From Desulfobulbaceae bacterium (lineage in GTDB: Bacteria; Desulfobacterota; Desulfobulbia; Desulfobulbales; Desulfobulbaceae), in contig JAVEQK010000016.1 in NCBI GenBank assembly GCA_034007705.1, positions 5,893-69,892 of the forward strand: a stretch of 64,000 nucleotides of DNA. The letters are read 5' to 3'. Position numbers and translations under genes: made by a program. Below are positions 56,393-64,000 of the stretch, piece after piece (within the stretch, counting starts at the first letter, position 1; each line of letters opens with the position of its first letter). The notes beneath the pieces are model-generated. The model was given only the letters and a program-made list of their open reading frames with translations, was not told where the DNA came from and did not search any database.

Positions 56393-58630
56393 TCAATTGC
56401 TCAGCACATGGGCATACACCCGCTCAATTCTTCGGCCGAATTCATCTATCCCGAACCGGCCCGCCCTCGATGTCGCCTGACCTGACAGCTTTTGCCGCAA
56501 CGTGTCATCTTCGAGCAAAAGCTGGACCTTCTCCGCCCATGCCGCGGTATGCTGCCCCGTTTTAAATCCGGTTATGCCGTCCGCGACAAAATCATCGATT
56601 CCGCTTGCCCTTATGGCCACTACGGGCATTCCGCTTGCCATCGCTTCGAGTATAACCATCCCCTGGGTTTCCGATGTTGAGGCAAAGACAAAGACATTTC
56701 CCAAACTGTAGTAGACCGGCATGCGTTCGGGCGGTACCGCGCCCGAAAATATCACCAAATCCCGCAAACCGAACTTTTCGGCAAGCTGGCAAAGATGTTC
56801 CCGCTCAGGTCCTTCGCCGATCAGTATAAATTTGAACTTTTTCGAACATTTTTTTGCCAATCCGGAAACGGCTTCAAGCATGAAATCTATGTTTTTCTCT
56901 ACACTCAGCCGGGAAACGGTGAGCAAGACCAATTCATCGCTGCCAATGCCAAGCTCCTCCCGCAGTCTCGACTTCTCCTTTTCAGTGCATGATCCGAACC
57001 TGTCTGTCTCGATGCCGGTGGGAACAACGAACACAGGAATTTTCACCCCGATCATGCGGAGATAGCTCTCAGAAGCCTCGGTCGGGACCACAATGGCATT
57101 ACACCTGTTGCCGAGCCGCCGCACAAGAGCATGCGAAAGAAAATTGCGAAACAGCGCTTTGGGCACCGGCACTGCGTACGAAAAATGTTCCAATCTGGTG
57201 TGGTATGTATAGACAACTGGAACCTTCAAGCGCCGTGCTATCCATAGACCCAGCGTCCCCATCCAGAACGGATGATGAATATGAATCACGTCCGGGGAGA
57301 ATTCGCGTGCCTTCCTGATTGCGGAGACCGAGAATATGTTCGGGACGACAATACCCTTGTCTGCCGCTCGTTGAAAAAAACAGGAAAGTCTGAAAACGTC
57401 ATTCCCATCCCGCGGATGATCATCCCGTTCATATCGGGGCGCGAAAATCACAACCTTGTGCCCCATCTTCCTGAGAACCGAGGACAACCGGTATATTGAA
57501 ACAGGTACGCCGCCTATGAACGGCAGGTAATTGTTGGTGAACATGGCCACGTTGATCGGCCGGCCAAGATCCGGGTCGGACGGCTGGTTGAAATCAGGAT
57601 AATAATCCCGTTCTTTCCACAAGAGTGAATGCAGCCAGTAAGCGCTGACGACAAGACAGCAGACGAAAAGCAGATAATTGAGATACCCGACGTAAAACAG
57701 CGAATGAATAAAGAACCAGACACTTTCAACGGTACGAAAAAGTTTGTACTGTCCGACATTCAGCCTGACAGGTTCAATCGTCACCTGGTCCCGGTTGACA
57801 TGCACTTTCACGAAGTGATAGAAGCTTCGATTGGTGTTGAGTACCAGTCCACCAGCGCCTCCCGTCACGACAAAGGAGGTGTGGTTTGATTTCTGAACTG
57901 AATAAAGTGGCAGATTGGACGAAAAAACCGCCTTTACCCTGGCGTCTGCAAATATCGGCATGAGGAGTTTGCGAAACTCCTCGTCCGCCAGATACTCGTC
58001 ATCGAAGTCGAAAATGCCCTTTTTGTCGACCGGCAGCAGAGGGTGCCCGACGAAAATGAAAATATTGTCATTCGGCCTGACTTCAAGTTCCTCCTCCAGC
58101 CAGCGCGCCTGCCATCGAAAAGACGTCTTTCCGGAGCTGTCGAGGAAAATAAATCTGCTGTTCCCGGCGGAAAACGCGAAAACATACGGCCCATAGTGAT
58201 CATAATACCGGAAGCCGCCAAAAGCGCCGTACTCGTTATCGCCAAAGGTCAACAGATACGGTTTGGCGAAATGTCCCAATGTCCGGTGCAGTGCGCGGTA
58301 TTTGTCTTCCCCGCCGCTGCTGACCGCATTGCCCGCAGAAACGACGAATTCAACCTCGCTCCTGTTCAGCTCGGGAATTATCTTTCGTTCAAAAATCCCC
58401 ACGGAGTTGTTGATGTTGCCCACGACGGCAAAACTGAAAACATCCTGACCGTAAAGCGCCGACTCTATCCGCTCAACTTGATCGGCATGAACCGCGCCGT
58501 AGTCCTGCTCAAAAAAATGAAGATATATCTTATAGAAGACCACCAGAAAGAGAACGAGCACGTTCAGGTAGAACAGTGTCCGCCACCATGACAGCCTAGG
58601 CATTGTTCCGCCCCCGCCGGAAGAATTCAT
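56393..58630 (-). CDS. Membrane fusion protein: calcineurin-like metallophosphoesterase-fold domain (metal ligands substituted), TM segment, GT4-family glycosyltransferase
   Basis: N-terminal TM helix. The MPE-like strand pattern reads VVGNINN / SAGNAVS / FGDNEYG / FVGHPL, where canonical motifs are GDxHG / GDxxDR / GNHE. Central TM helices. GT4 C-terminus with ETQGMVILEAMASGMPVVA (EX7E). An alternative start at Met10 (58603) would remove the 35-nt overlap. Confidence 0.75.
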   Translation of the reverse strand: MNSSGGGGTMPRLSWWRTLFYLNVLVLFLVVFYKIYLHFFEQDYGAVHADQVERIESALYGQDVFSFAVVGNINNSVGIFERKIIPELNRSEVEFVVSAGNAVSSGGEDKYRALHRTLGHFAKPYLLTFGDNEYGAFGGFRYYDHYGPYVFAFSAGNSRFIFLDSSGKTSFRWQARWLEEELEVRPNDNIFIFVGHPLLPVDKKGIFDFDDEYLADEEFRKLLMPIFADARVKAVFSSNLPLYSVQKSNHTSFVVTGGAGGLVLNTNRSFYHFVKVHVNRDQVTIEPVRLNVGQYKLFRTVESVWFFIHSLFYVGYLNYLLFVCCLVVSAYWLHSLLWKERDYYPDFNQPSDPDLGRPINVAMFTNNYLPFIGGVPVSIYRLSSVLRKMGHKVVIFAPRYERDDHPRDGNDVFRLSCFFQRAADKGIVVPNIFSVSAIRKAREFSPDVIHIHHPFWMGTLGLWIARRLKVPVVYTYHTRLEHFSYAVPVPKALFRNFLSHALVRRLGNRCNAIVVPTEASESYLRMIGVKIPVFVVPTGIETDRFGSCTEKEKSRLREELGIGSDELVLLTVSRLSVEKNIDFMLEAVSGLAKKCSKKFKFILIGEGPEREHLCQLAEKFGLRDLVIFSGAVPPERMPVYYSLGNVFVFASTSETQGMVILEAMASGMPVVAIRASGIDDFVADGITGFKTGQHTAAWAEKVQLLLEDDTLRQKLSGQATSRAGRFGIDEFGRRIERVYAHVLSN

Positions 58631-59735
58631 GCAGGGTCACGGGGACACCGATGAGCATGCCCAGGTATACTGTCAGAAACCGCCAAAGCAGCATAATCCC
58701 GACCAGCTCGGAAGCGTTTACCATCGAAGCAAAAAACAAGCCGAAAATCCCCTCGGCAAAACCCGCCCCGCCCGGGGACGGCGCAAAATACATAATGCAT
58801 GTCGATACAGCCAGCAGGCCGGTAGTCTCAAGATAGTCCGCCTGGTATCCTGCGCCCCGGAGGAGCAGGTAGGGAAACGAGAATAACGATAAAAGGAAAA
58901 CCGCCGTGAAAAGAACAGAAAGCATGACATCCCACCTATCTCCACGAGTGTAAATTCTCAGGCAATGCGAGAACCGCACTGCTTCTCTGAGAACGTTCCG
59001 TTTGAGACGGCGCATGCTTCCAATGCTGACAATGTGCATCCCCACCAGAACCTTTGCGGCGGCATCAAGCATCCCCAACAGCCATCGCAGGCGGTAAAGA
59101 ATCATCAAAAAACAGGCGAGATACCCAATAGCAAAAAAGGCCAGAGTCCAGCCCGCACCAGCCATGGCTCCGCCATCCCGGAAATATGGCAGTCCCGCCA
59201 CCAGGAACGGTACCGGAAAGAAAATGAGAACCATCGCAATGAAGGTCCGGATGGTTGTCGCCGCCATTGCTGTGCCTATAGGAACGCCGCGCCGGCGAAG
59301 ATACCAGACTTGGGCGAAACCACCGCCAGTGGCCATGGGGGTGATGTTGGAAAAGAGGATGTTCATGAATGTCAGTTTTCCAAGTGTTCCCGCATCGAGG
59401 CGACGGCCCGCCGCCTTGAGAATGTAGTGCAGGCGCAAAGCGTCACTTGTAAAATACACAACCAGCAGGACGGCCGCTCCGGCAAGGACGGGCCAGGAAA
59501 ACAGTTGCGGATTCAGGGAAAACGACTGTGCGCCGACTTTCTGATAGATGACATAAGGGACGCCGCAACTCAACGCGACAAACAGAAGAACGGAACCAAT
59601 CCACCGGCTAAAGTAAGCTTTGTTCTGTAAACCTTTCGCGTCTGCAAGGCGTTGTTCACTCACCTGCCGGCCTCTCACGTTATAATCGTTGTTACCAGGC
59701 AGGCTGAGCAGCCCACGCAAACAGGCCGGAAGCAC
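58596..59735 (-). CDS. Flippase-like / lysyl-phosphatidylglycerol-synthase TM-region family protein (UPF0104)
   Basis: About 8 TM helices, with TPMATGGGFAQ and FAPSPGGAGFAEG motifs characteristic of the family. Confidence 0.65.
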   Translation of the reverse strand: MLPACLRGLLSLPGNNDYNVRGRQVSEQRLADAKGLQNKAYFSRWIGSVLLFVALSCGVPYVIYQKVGAQSFSLNPQLFSWPVLAGAAVLLVVYFTSDALRLHYILKAAGRRLDAGTLGKLTFMNILFSNITPMATGGGFAQVWYLRRRGVPIGTAMAATTIRTFIAMVLIFFPVPFLVAGLPYFRDGGAMAGAGWTLAFFAIGYLACFLMILYRLRWLLGMLDAAAKVLVGMHIVSIGSMRRLKRNVLREAVRFSHCLRIYTRGDRWDVMLSVLFTAVFLLSLFSFPYLLLRGAGYQADYLETTGLLAVSTCIMYFAPSPGGAGFAEGIFGLFFASMVNASELVGIMLLWRFLTVYLGMLIGVPVTLHEFFRRGRNNA

Positions 59736-60054
59736 CTCGCCCTTGATGTGGTTGTTCGGCCGGAATTACCGAAACTGCCGCCGCATTGCCGACCGTCGAG
59801 TAAATTAGTGGTTTTGATGTATTTCGCCAAGAGAATAATGAGAGTATTCCCTGTCGTCCGGTGCGTCCCCTCCCTGTTTGACTTGTTCCGTTTCCGGGTC
59901 ATATAGTTGTATTAATGGGAAACATCCGAGGTTCAGGTTGTGTACTGACAGGATAGATGCTATCCATGGGGAGTGGAAATTTGCGCGACGTTCTATCCCC
60001 GGCGATCCGCCAACCGGGCCTGATGTAAATGACTGAGATTGATTACGGTTCAAC

Positions 60055-62163
60055 ATGCCGGACGGTTCCATGAAAAAAAGTAGAACAACGGCTGATCTTC
60101 TTGACAGGTTTTCTCCGCCGGAGGGAATACCGCTGCTGTTGCTCGCGATTTTCATCGGGGCCGGGACCGGACTGGCCGCGGTTCTTTTCATCTGGATGAT
60201 TGAAACGATCCATGGCCAATCCTACGCGGCCTTTGCCCGTATCCTCCCCAATACCGGAATGCTTGCCTACCTCCTGGTGCCCCTGATCGGCGCCCTTCTG
60301 GGGGGAGCCCTGATTGCGTGGTTTGCCGCCGAAACCAAGGGGCACGGCGTACCGGAGGTCATGCAGGCCATGGTGCTGAAGGGAGGGCGCATCCGGTCCA
60401 GGGTGGTGGTCGCCAAAGTAATCACCTCGGCGCTGTGCATCGGTACAGGCGGGTCAGCCGGCCGGGAAGGTCCCATTGTCCAAGTTGGTGCCGCGCTGGG
60501 TTCGTCCATGGGACAGGTACTGCGCCTGTCGGACGAAAGAATTAAAAACCTGGTAGCCTGCGGGGCTGCCGGCGCCATTGCCGCGACCTTTAATGCCCCC
60601 ATTGCCGGGGTGGCGTTTGCCATCGAAGTCCTGATGAGTGAACTGCAGGTGCGGATGTTCGGCAACGTGGTGATCGCCTCGGTGTCGGCCTCCATTGTCA
60701 GCCAGATGTATCTTGGGGATAATCCGGCATTCAGCGTCCCCAGCTACGCAATGCAGTCTCCCCTGGCGATCGTTTTTTTTCTGCTGCTCGGGCTGGCTGC
60801 CGCACTTGCGGCGATTATGTTTATCCGGATGCTCGGCTGGTTCGAGGTGAAATTCGACAACTGGCGGTTTCCGCTTTTCCTCAAACCAGCCGTTGGGGCA
60901 CTGCTCCTCGGACTGCTGGGGATGGGCTACCTCTATTTGTCCGGGAATTTCGAATCCGCTGCCGCTCCAAATTCGTCCGGACGGGAACTGGCCGCCCGGA
61001 TGCCGTATTTTTACGGGACGGGTTTTCATTTCATGGAAGATGCCCTGCAGGATAAGGTCGGCCTTCTGGTGCTGGCCCTGTTGATTGTCATCAAGCCGCT
61101 GGCCACCTCGTTTACCCTGGGATCAGGCAATTCCGGCGGGGTTTTCGCACCTTCCCTCTTTATCGGCGCCATGCTCGGCGGAACCATGGGCCATATTTTT
61201 GCCGCGATACATCCCGGCATCTCCGGTCCTCCCGGCGCCTACGCCCTGGTCGGAATGGCCGCGGTCTTTGCTGCGGCTGCCCGGGCTCCGCTGACCGCCC
61301 TGCTGATTGTTTTCGAGATGAGCAATGATTATGCGATGATTCTTCCCTTGATGGTGGCGACGGTGACTGCCTCTACCTTTGCCCAGTGGCTGTATCCCGA
61401 ATCCATCTATACCCACAAACTGACCCGTCGGGGGATCCGTTTTGTTCAGGGCAGGGATATGGATGTCATGCAGGCTGTGGCCGTCAGCGAAGTGATGAAC
61501 AGGACTCCCGAGGTTGTCTACCGGCAGATGCCGCTGGCCGACCTGTACCGCAAGTTCCAGGAAACAAATTATCTCGGTTTCCCGGTTCTTGATGAGCAGG
61601 ACCATTTGTTTGGCATAGTCACCCTCCAGGACATGGAACGGATGCTTTCCGACAATACGGTTCAGCTTCGCGGCCTGACAGTGGAAGATGTGGCCGTCAC
61701 GAAGCCGGTAACCATATTTCCCGACGAACCGATCTGGACCGCCATTCAGAAGATGGCGCCCCGGGGTCTGGCCAGGCTTCCCGTCGTCAACCGTGACGGC
61801 AGCGGCAGGCTGTTGGGACTCATCAGCAGAAGCGAGATCCTGCGGGCGTATGATGTGGCACTTGTCCGTAAACAACGTGGACAACTGCTGGGGGGTGATA
61901 TCTCTCTGCGCAGCGAGAAAAAGAATGTCTTTATGGAGATCAGCCTGCAGGAGGGGGACAGTGGATCGGGGCTGCCTCTGCGTTCCCTGTCCCTGCCGGT
62001 GACCGTCAATGTGGTCTCCATAGAACGGGATGGCAGGATCATCATACCACGGGGCGATACCGTTTTTCTGCCGGGAGACGTGGTGACGGTATTCGGCCGG
62101 AAAGAGGCCATGGGGCAGGTGCGGGAAATTTTTACCGCCGCATCATCACCGGGGCAGGTGTAA
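60055..62163 (+). CDS. ClC-family chloride channel/antiporter with C-terminal CBS pair and TrkA-C (RCK_C) domain
   Basis: ClC selectivity motifs GSGIPE-like (GHGVPEV), GREGP and GGVFAPSLFIGA. Two CBS repeats. C-terminal VVSIERDGRIIIPRGDTVFLPGDVVTVFG. Confidence 0.85.
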   Translation: MPDGSMKKSRTTADLLDRFSPPEGIPLLLLAIFIGAGTGLAAVLFIWMIETIHGQSYAAFARILPNTGMLAYLLVPLIGALLGGALIAWFAAETKGHGVPEVMQAMVLKGGRIRSRVVVAKVITSALCIGTGGSAGREGPIVQVGAALGSSMGQVLRLSDERIKNLVACGAAGAIAATFNAPIAGVAFAIEVLMSELQVRMFGNVVIASVSASIVSQMYLGDNPAFSVPSYAMQSPLAIVFFLLLGLAAALAAIMFIRMLGWFEVKFDNWRFPLFLKPAVGALLLGLLGMGYLYLSGNFESAAAPNSSGRELAARMPYFYGTGFHFMEDALQDKVGLLVLALLIVIKPLATSFTLGSGNSGGVFAPSLFIGAMLGGTMGHIFAAIHPGISGPPGAYALVGMAAVFAAAARAPLTALLIVFEMSNDYAMILPLMVATVTASTFAQWLYPESIYTHKLTRRGIRFVQGRDMDVMQAVAVSEVMNRTPEVVYRQMPLADLYRKFQETNYLGFPVLDEQDHLFGIVTLQDMERMLSDNTVQLRGLTVEDVAVTKPVTIFPDEPIWTAIQKMAPRGLARLPVVNRDGSGRLLGLISRSEILRAYDVALVRKQRGQLLGGDISLRSEKKNVFMEISLQEGDSGSGLPLRSLSLPVTVNVVSIERDGRIIIPRGDTVFLPGDVVTVFGRKEAMGQVREIFTAASSPGQV

Positions 62164-62201
62164 GCAGCGTAACCGGATCATGTAAATGAAAGGAGGAACT
62201 T

Positions 62202-64000
62202 GTGAAAATATGGCCTGGCAAGCCCTATCCCCTGGGGGCAACTTATGACGGAGTGGGAACCAATTTCTCCATCTTTTCGGAGGCGGCCCACAGGGTTGAA
62301 CTCTGTCTCTTCGATGAAAAGGGGGAGGAAACCCGCGTGGATCTTCCCGAGGTCAGCGGTTTCTGCTGGCACGGCTATCTGCCGACGGTGGAACCGGGAC
62401 AGCGGTACGGGTTCCGCGTGCACGGCCCATGGGAGCTCCGGGAGGGTCACCGGTGCAATCCCGGCAAGCTCCTGCTCGATCCGTATGCCAAGGCAGTGGA
62501 AGGGGAGGTCAACTGGAACGAGGCGGTCTTTCCCTATCGTTTCAACGACCCTGAAGGATCCGTGAACGAGGAAAACAGTGCCCCCTATGTTCCCAAGTCG
62601 GTGGTGATCAACCCCTTTTTTGACTGGGGCAGCGACCAGCCCCTTGGCAAATCCCTCCACGAAACCGTGATCTACGAAGTGCATGTGAAGGGATTCACCG
62701 CGCGCCATCCCGGAATCCCGCCGGAAATCAGGGGAACCTACGCCGGACTTTCCCATCCTGCCGCCATCAGGTACCTCACCAGCCTGGGGATCACGGCCGT
62801 GGAGCTGCTTCCCGTGCACCAGTTTATCCACGATGCCCACCTGCTGGAACAGGGTCTCCGCAACTACTGGGGATATAATTCCATCGCCTATCTTGCGCCC
62901 CACAACGATTATTCAAGCAGGGGGCAGCGCGGTCAGCAGGTCCAGGAGTTCAAGCAGATGGTCAAGACCCTGCACAAGGCGGGCCTTGAGGTCATCCTGG
63001 ACGTGGTCTACAACCACACGGCGGAGGGCAACCACCTCGGGCCGATGCTTTCTTTCAAGGGAATCGACAACGCCGCCTACTACCGCCTGGTTGACGATGA
63101 CCGCAGCTACTACATGGATTACACGGGCACCGGCAACAGCCTGAACATGCAGCACCCCCATGTGCTCCAGCTCATCATGGATTCGCTCCGGTACTGGATC
63201 CTGGAAATGCACGTGGACGGCTTCCGCTTCGACCTTGCATCCACCCTGGCGCGGGAGCTCCATGAGGTGGACAAGCTCTCAACCTTTTTCGACCTCGTCC
63301 AGCAGGACCCGGTGGTCAGCCAGGTAAAGCTCATTGCCGAACCCTGGGACCTGGGGGAGGGCGGCTACCAGGTGGGCAATTTTCCATCCCTGTGGTCGGA
63401 ATGGAACGGCAAGTACCGTGATTGCGTGCGCGACTTCTGGCGCGGTGAGGATCAGACCCTGGCCGAATTCGCCTATCGGTTCACCGGCAGCTCGGACCTC
63501 TATGAACGCACCACCAGACGACCCAACGCCTCCATAAATTTCATCACGGCCCATGACGGCTTCACCCTCCATGACCTGGTCTCGTACAACGAAAAACATA
63601 ACGAGGCCAACGGCGAGCAGAACCGCGACGGTGAAAGCCACAACCGCTCCTGGAACTACGGGGAGGAAGGTCCCACGGAAAATCCCGATGTCCTCACGCT
63701 CCGGGCCAGACAGATACGCAATTTCCTGGCCACCCTTTTCCTTTCCCAGGGCGTGCCCATGCTTCTGGGCGGGGATGAGATGGGCCGAACCCAGCAGGGA
63801 AACAACAACGGCTATTGCCAGGACAGCGAAATATCCTGGTTTGACTGGGAAAAAGCCGATGGCGCCCTCCTGCGGTTCACCAGGGAGCTCATCCGGTTCA
63901 GGCTGGAACACCCGGTGTTCATGCGCCGGGGGTGGTTTCTCGGCCGGGCCATCCATGGAGGGAGGGTTGACGATATCGGGTGGTTCACGCCGGACGGCAA
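62202..64000 (+). CDS. glgX: Glycogen debranching enzyme GlgX (GH13), paralogue 2, 3' end beyond the window
   Basis: Not in the track because it has no in-window stop. GTG start after AGGAGG. My translation reads [27 protein letters not shown]..., [43 protein letters not shown] and [21 protein letters not shown]. Confidence 0.85.
   Translation, partial: MKIWPGKPYPLGATYDGVGTNFSIFSEAAHRVELCLFDEKGEETRVDLPEVSGFCWHGYLPTVEPGQRYGFRVHGPWELREGHRCNPGKLLLDPYAKAVEGEVNWNEAVFPYRFNDPEGSVNEENSAPYVPKSVVINPFFDWGSDQPLGKSLHETVIYEVHVKGFTARHPGIPPEIRGTYAGLSHPAAIRYLTSLGITAVELLPVHQFIHDAHLLEQGLRNYWGYNSIAYLAPHNDYSSRGQRGQQVQEFKQMVKTLHKAGLEVILDVVYNHTAEGNHLGPMLSFKGIDNAAYYRLVDDDRSYYMDYTGTGNSLNMQHPHVLQLIMDSLRYWILEMHVDGFRFDLASTLARELHEVDKLSTFFDLVQQDPVVSQVKLIAEPWDLGEGGYQVGNFPSLWSEWNGKYRDCVRDFWRGEDQTLAEFAYRFTGSSDLYERTTRRPNASINFITAHDGFTLHDLVSYNEKHNEANGEQNRDGESHNRSWNYGEEGPTENPDVLTLRARQIRNFLATLFLSQGVPMLLGGDEMGRTQQGNNNGYCQDSEISWFDWEKADGALLRFTRELIRFRLEHPVFMRRGWFLGRAIHGGRVDDIGWFTPDG

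Noticed and set aside
59951-59965. Palindrome GGATAG-ATG-CTATCC, with another CTATCC 30 bp downstream, in the ClC/flippase divergent region.
   Set aside because: It is short (6-bp arms), has no associated regulator and no recognisable promoter context. It could easily arise by chance.
59999-60037. A string upstream of the ClC gene (GGCGATCCGCCAACCGGGCCTGATG) that superficially recalls the fluoride (crcB) riboswitch core (GGCGAUG...CGCC.AAAC.GCC...GCUGAUG).
   Set aside because: The internal hairpin and the pseudoknot-forming segments are missing. The downstream ClC is a CBS/RCK-bearing type rather than a short ClC-F. The resemblance is limited to a few short words.

Overview
High-GC (about 60-70% in most genes, from lines I counted by eye) chromosomal segment from a Gram-negative anaerobe. 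About 50 genes are tightly packed. I found one tRNA-Arg(UCG) and no rRNA, CRISPR array, transposase or integrase. Most content is housekeeping or envelope related: a NUDIX-HAD-PanE operon, two GlgX debranching enzymes, a PBP5-type carboxypeptidase, an acyl-CoA ligase, a site-2 protease, a DHH-CBS-CCA enzyme, ion transporters and two ABC efflux operons. The most interesting part is a dispersed nitrogen-oxide respiration set. It has three pieces. (1) A three-gene operon at 23.3-27.6 kb encodes a periplasmic haem-c (CXXCH, Tll0287/DUF3365-like) sensor kinase, a sigma-54 (GAFTGA) response regulator and an exported octahaem HAO-family cytochrome. (2) A napFDAGHB operon at 41.3-46.7 kb has no napC. 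(3) A NapC/NirT-type tetrahaem gene is followed by a second, divergent HAO-family octahaem at 50.5-52.5 kb. Textbook sigma-54 promoters (TGGCAC-N5-TTGCT) sit in front of both the kinase operon and napF. Each is preceded by a pair of GTTACC-N4-GGTAAC-type palindromes about three helical turns apart. I read this as a previously uncharacterised regulon linking the two-component system, its embedded octahaem and Nap. Other items worth a look: a lower-GC island with a (degenerate) metallophosphoesterase-GT4 fusion plus a flippase-like protein, a KamA-type radical SAM protein with a long N-terminal extension, a Cache-PAS sensor with no output domain, a Cys-rich unknown protein placed before a Kef-type antiporter, and two decayed gene remnants. 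The gene content resembles nitrate-ammonifying Desulfobulbaceae-type bacteria, but I cannot verify taxonomy without a search. All domain calls come from motif recognition by eye. No database search was run.
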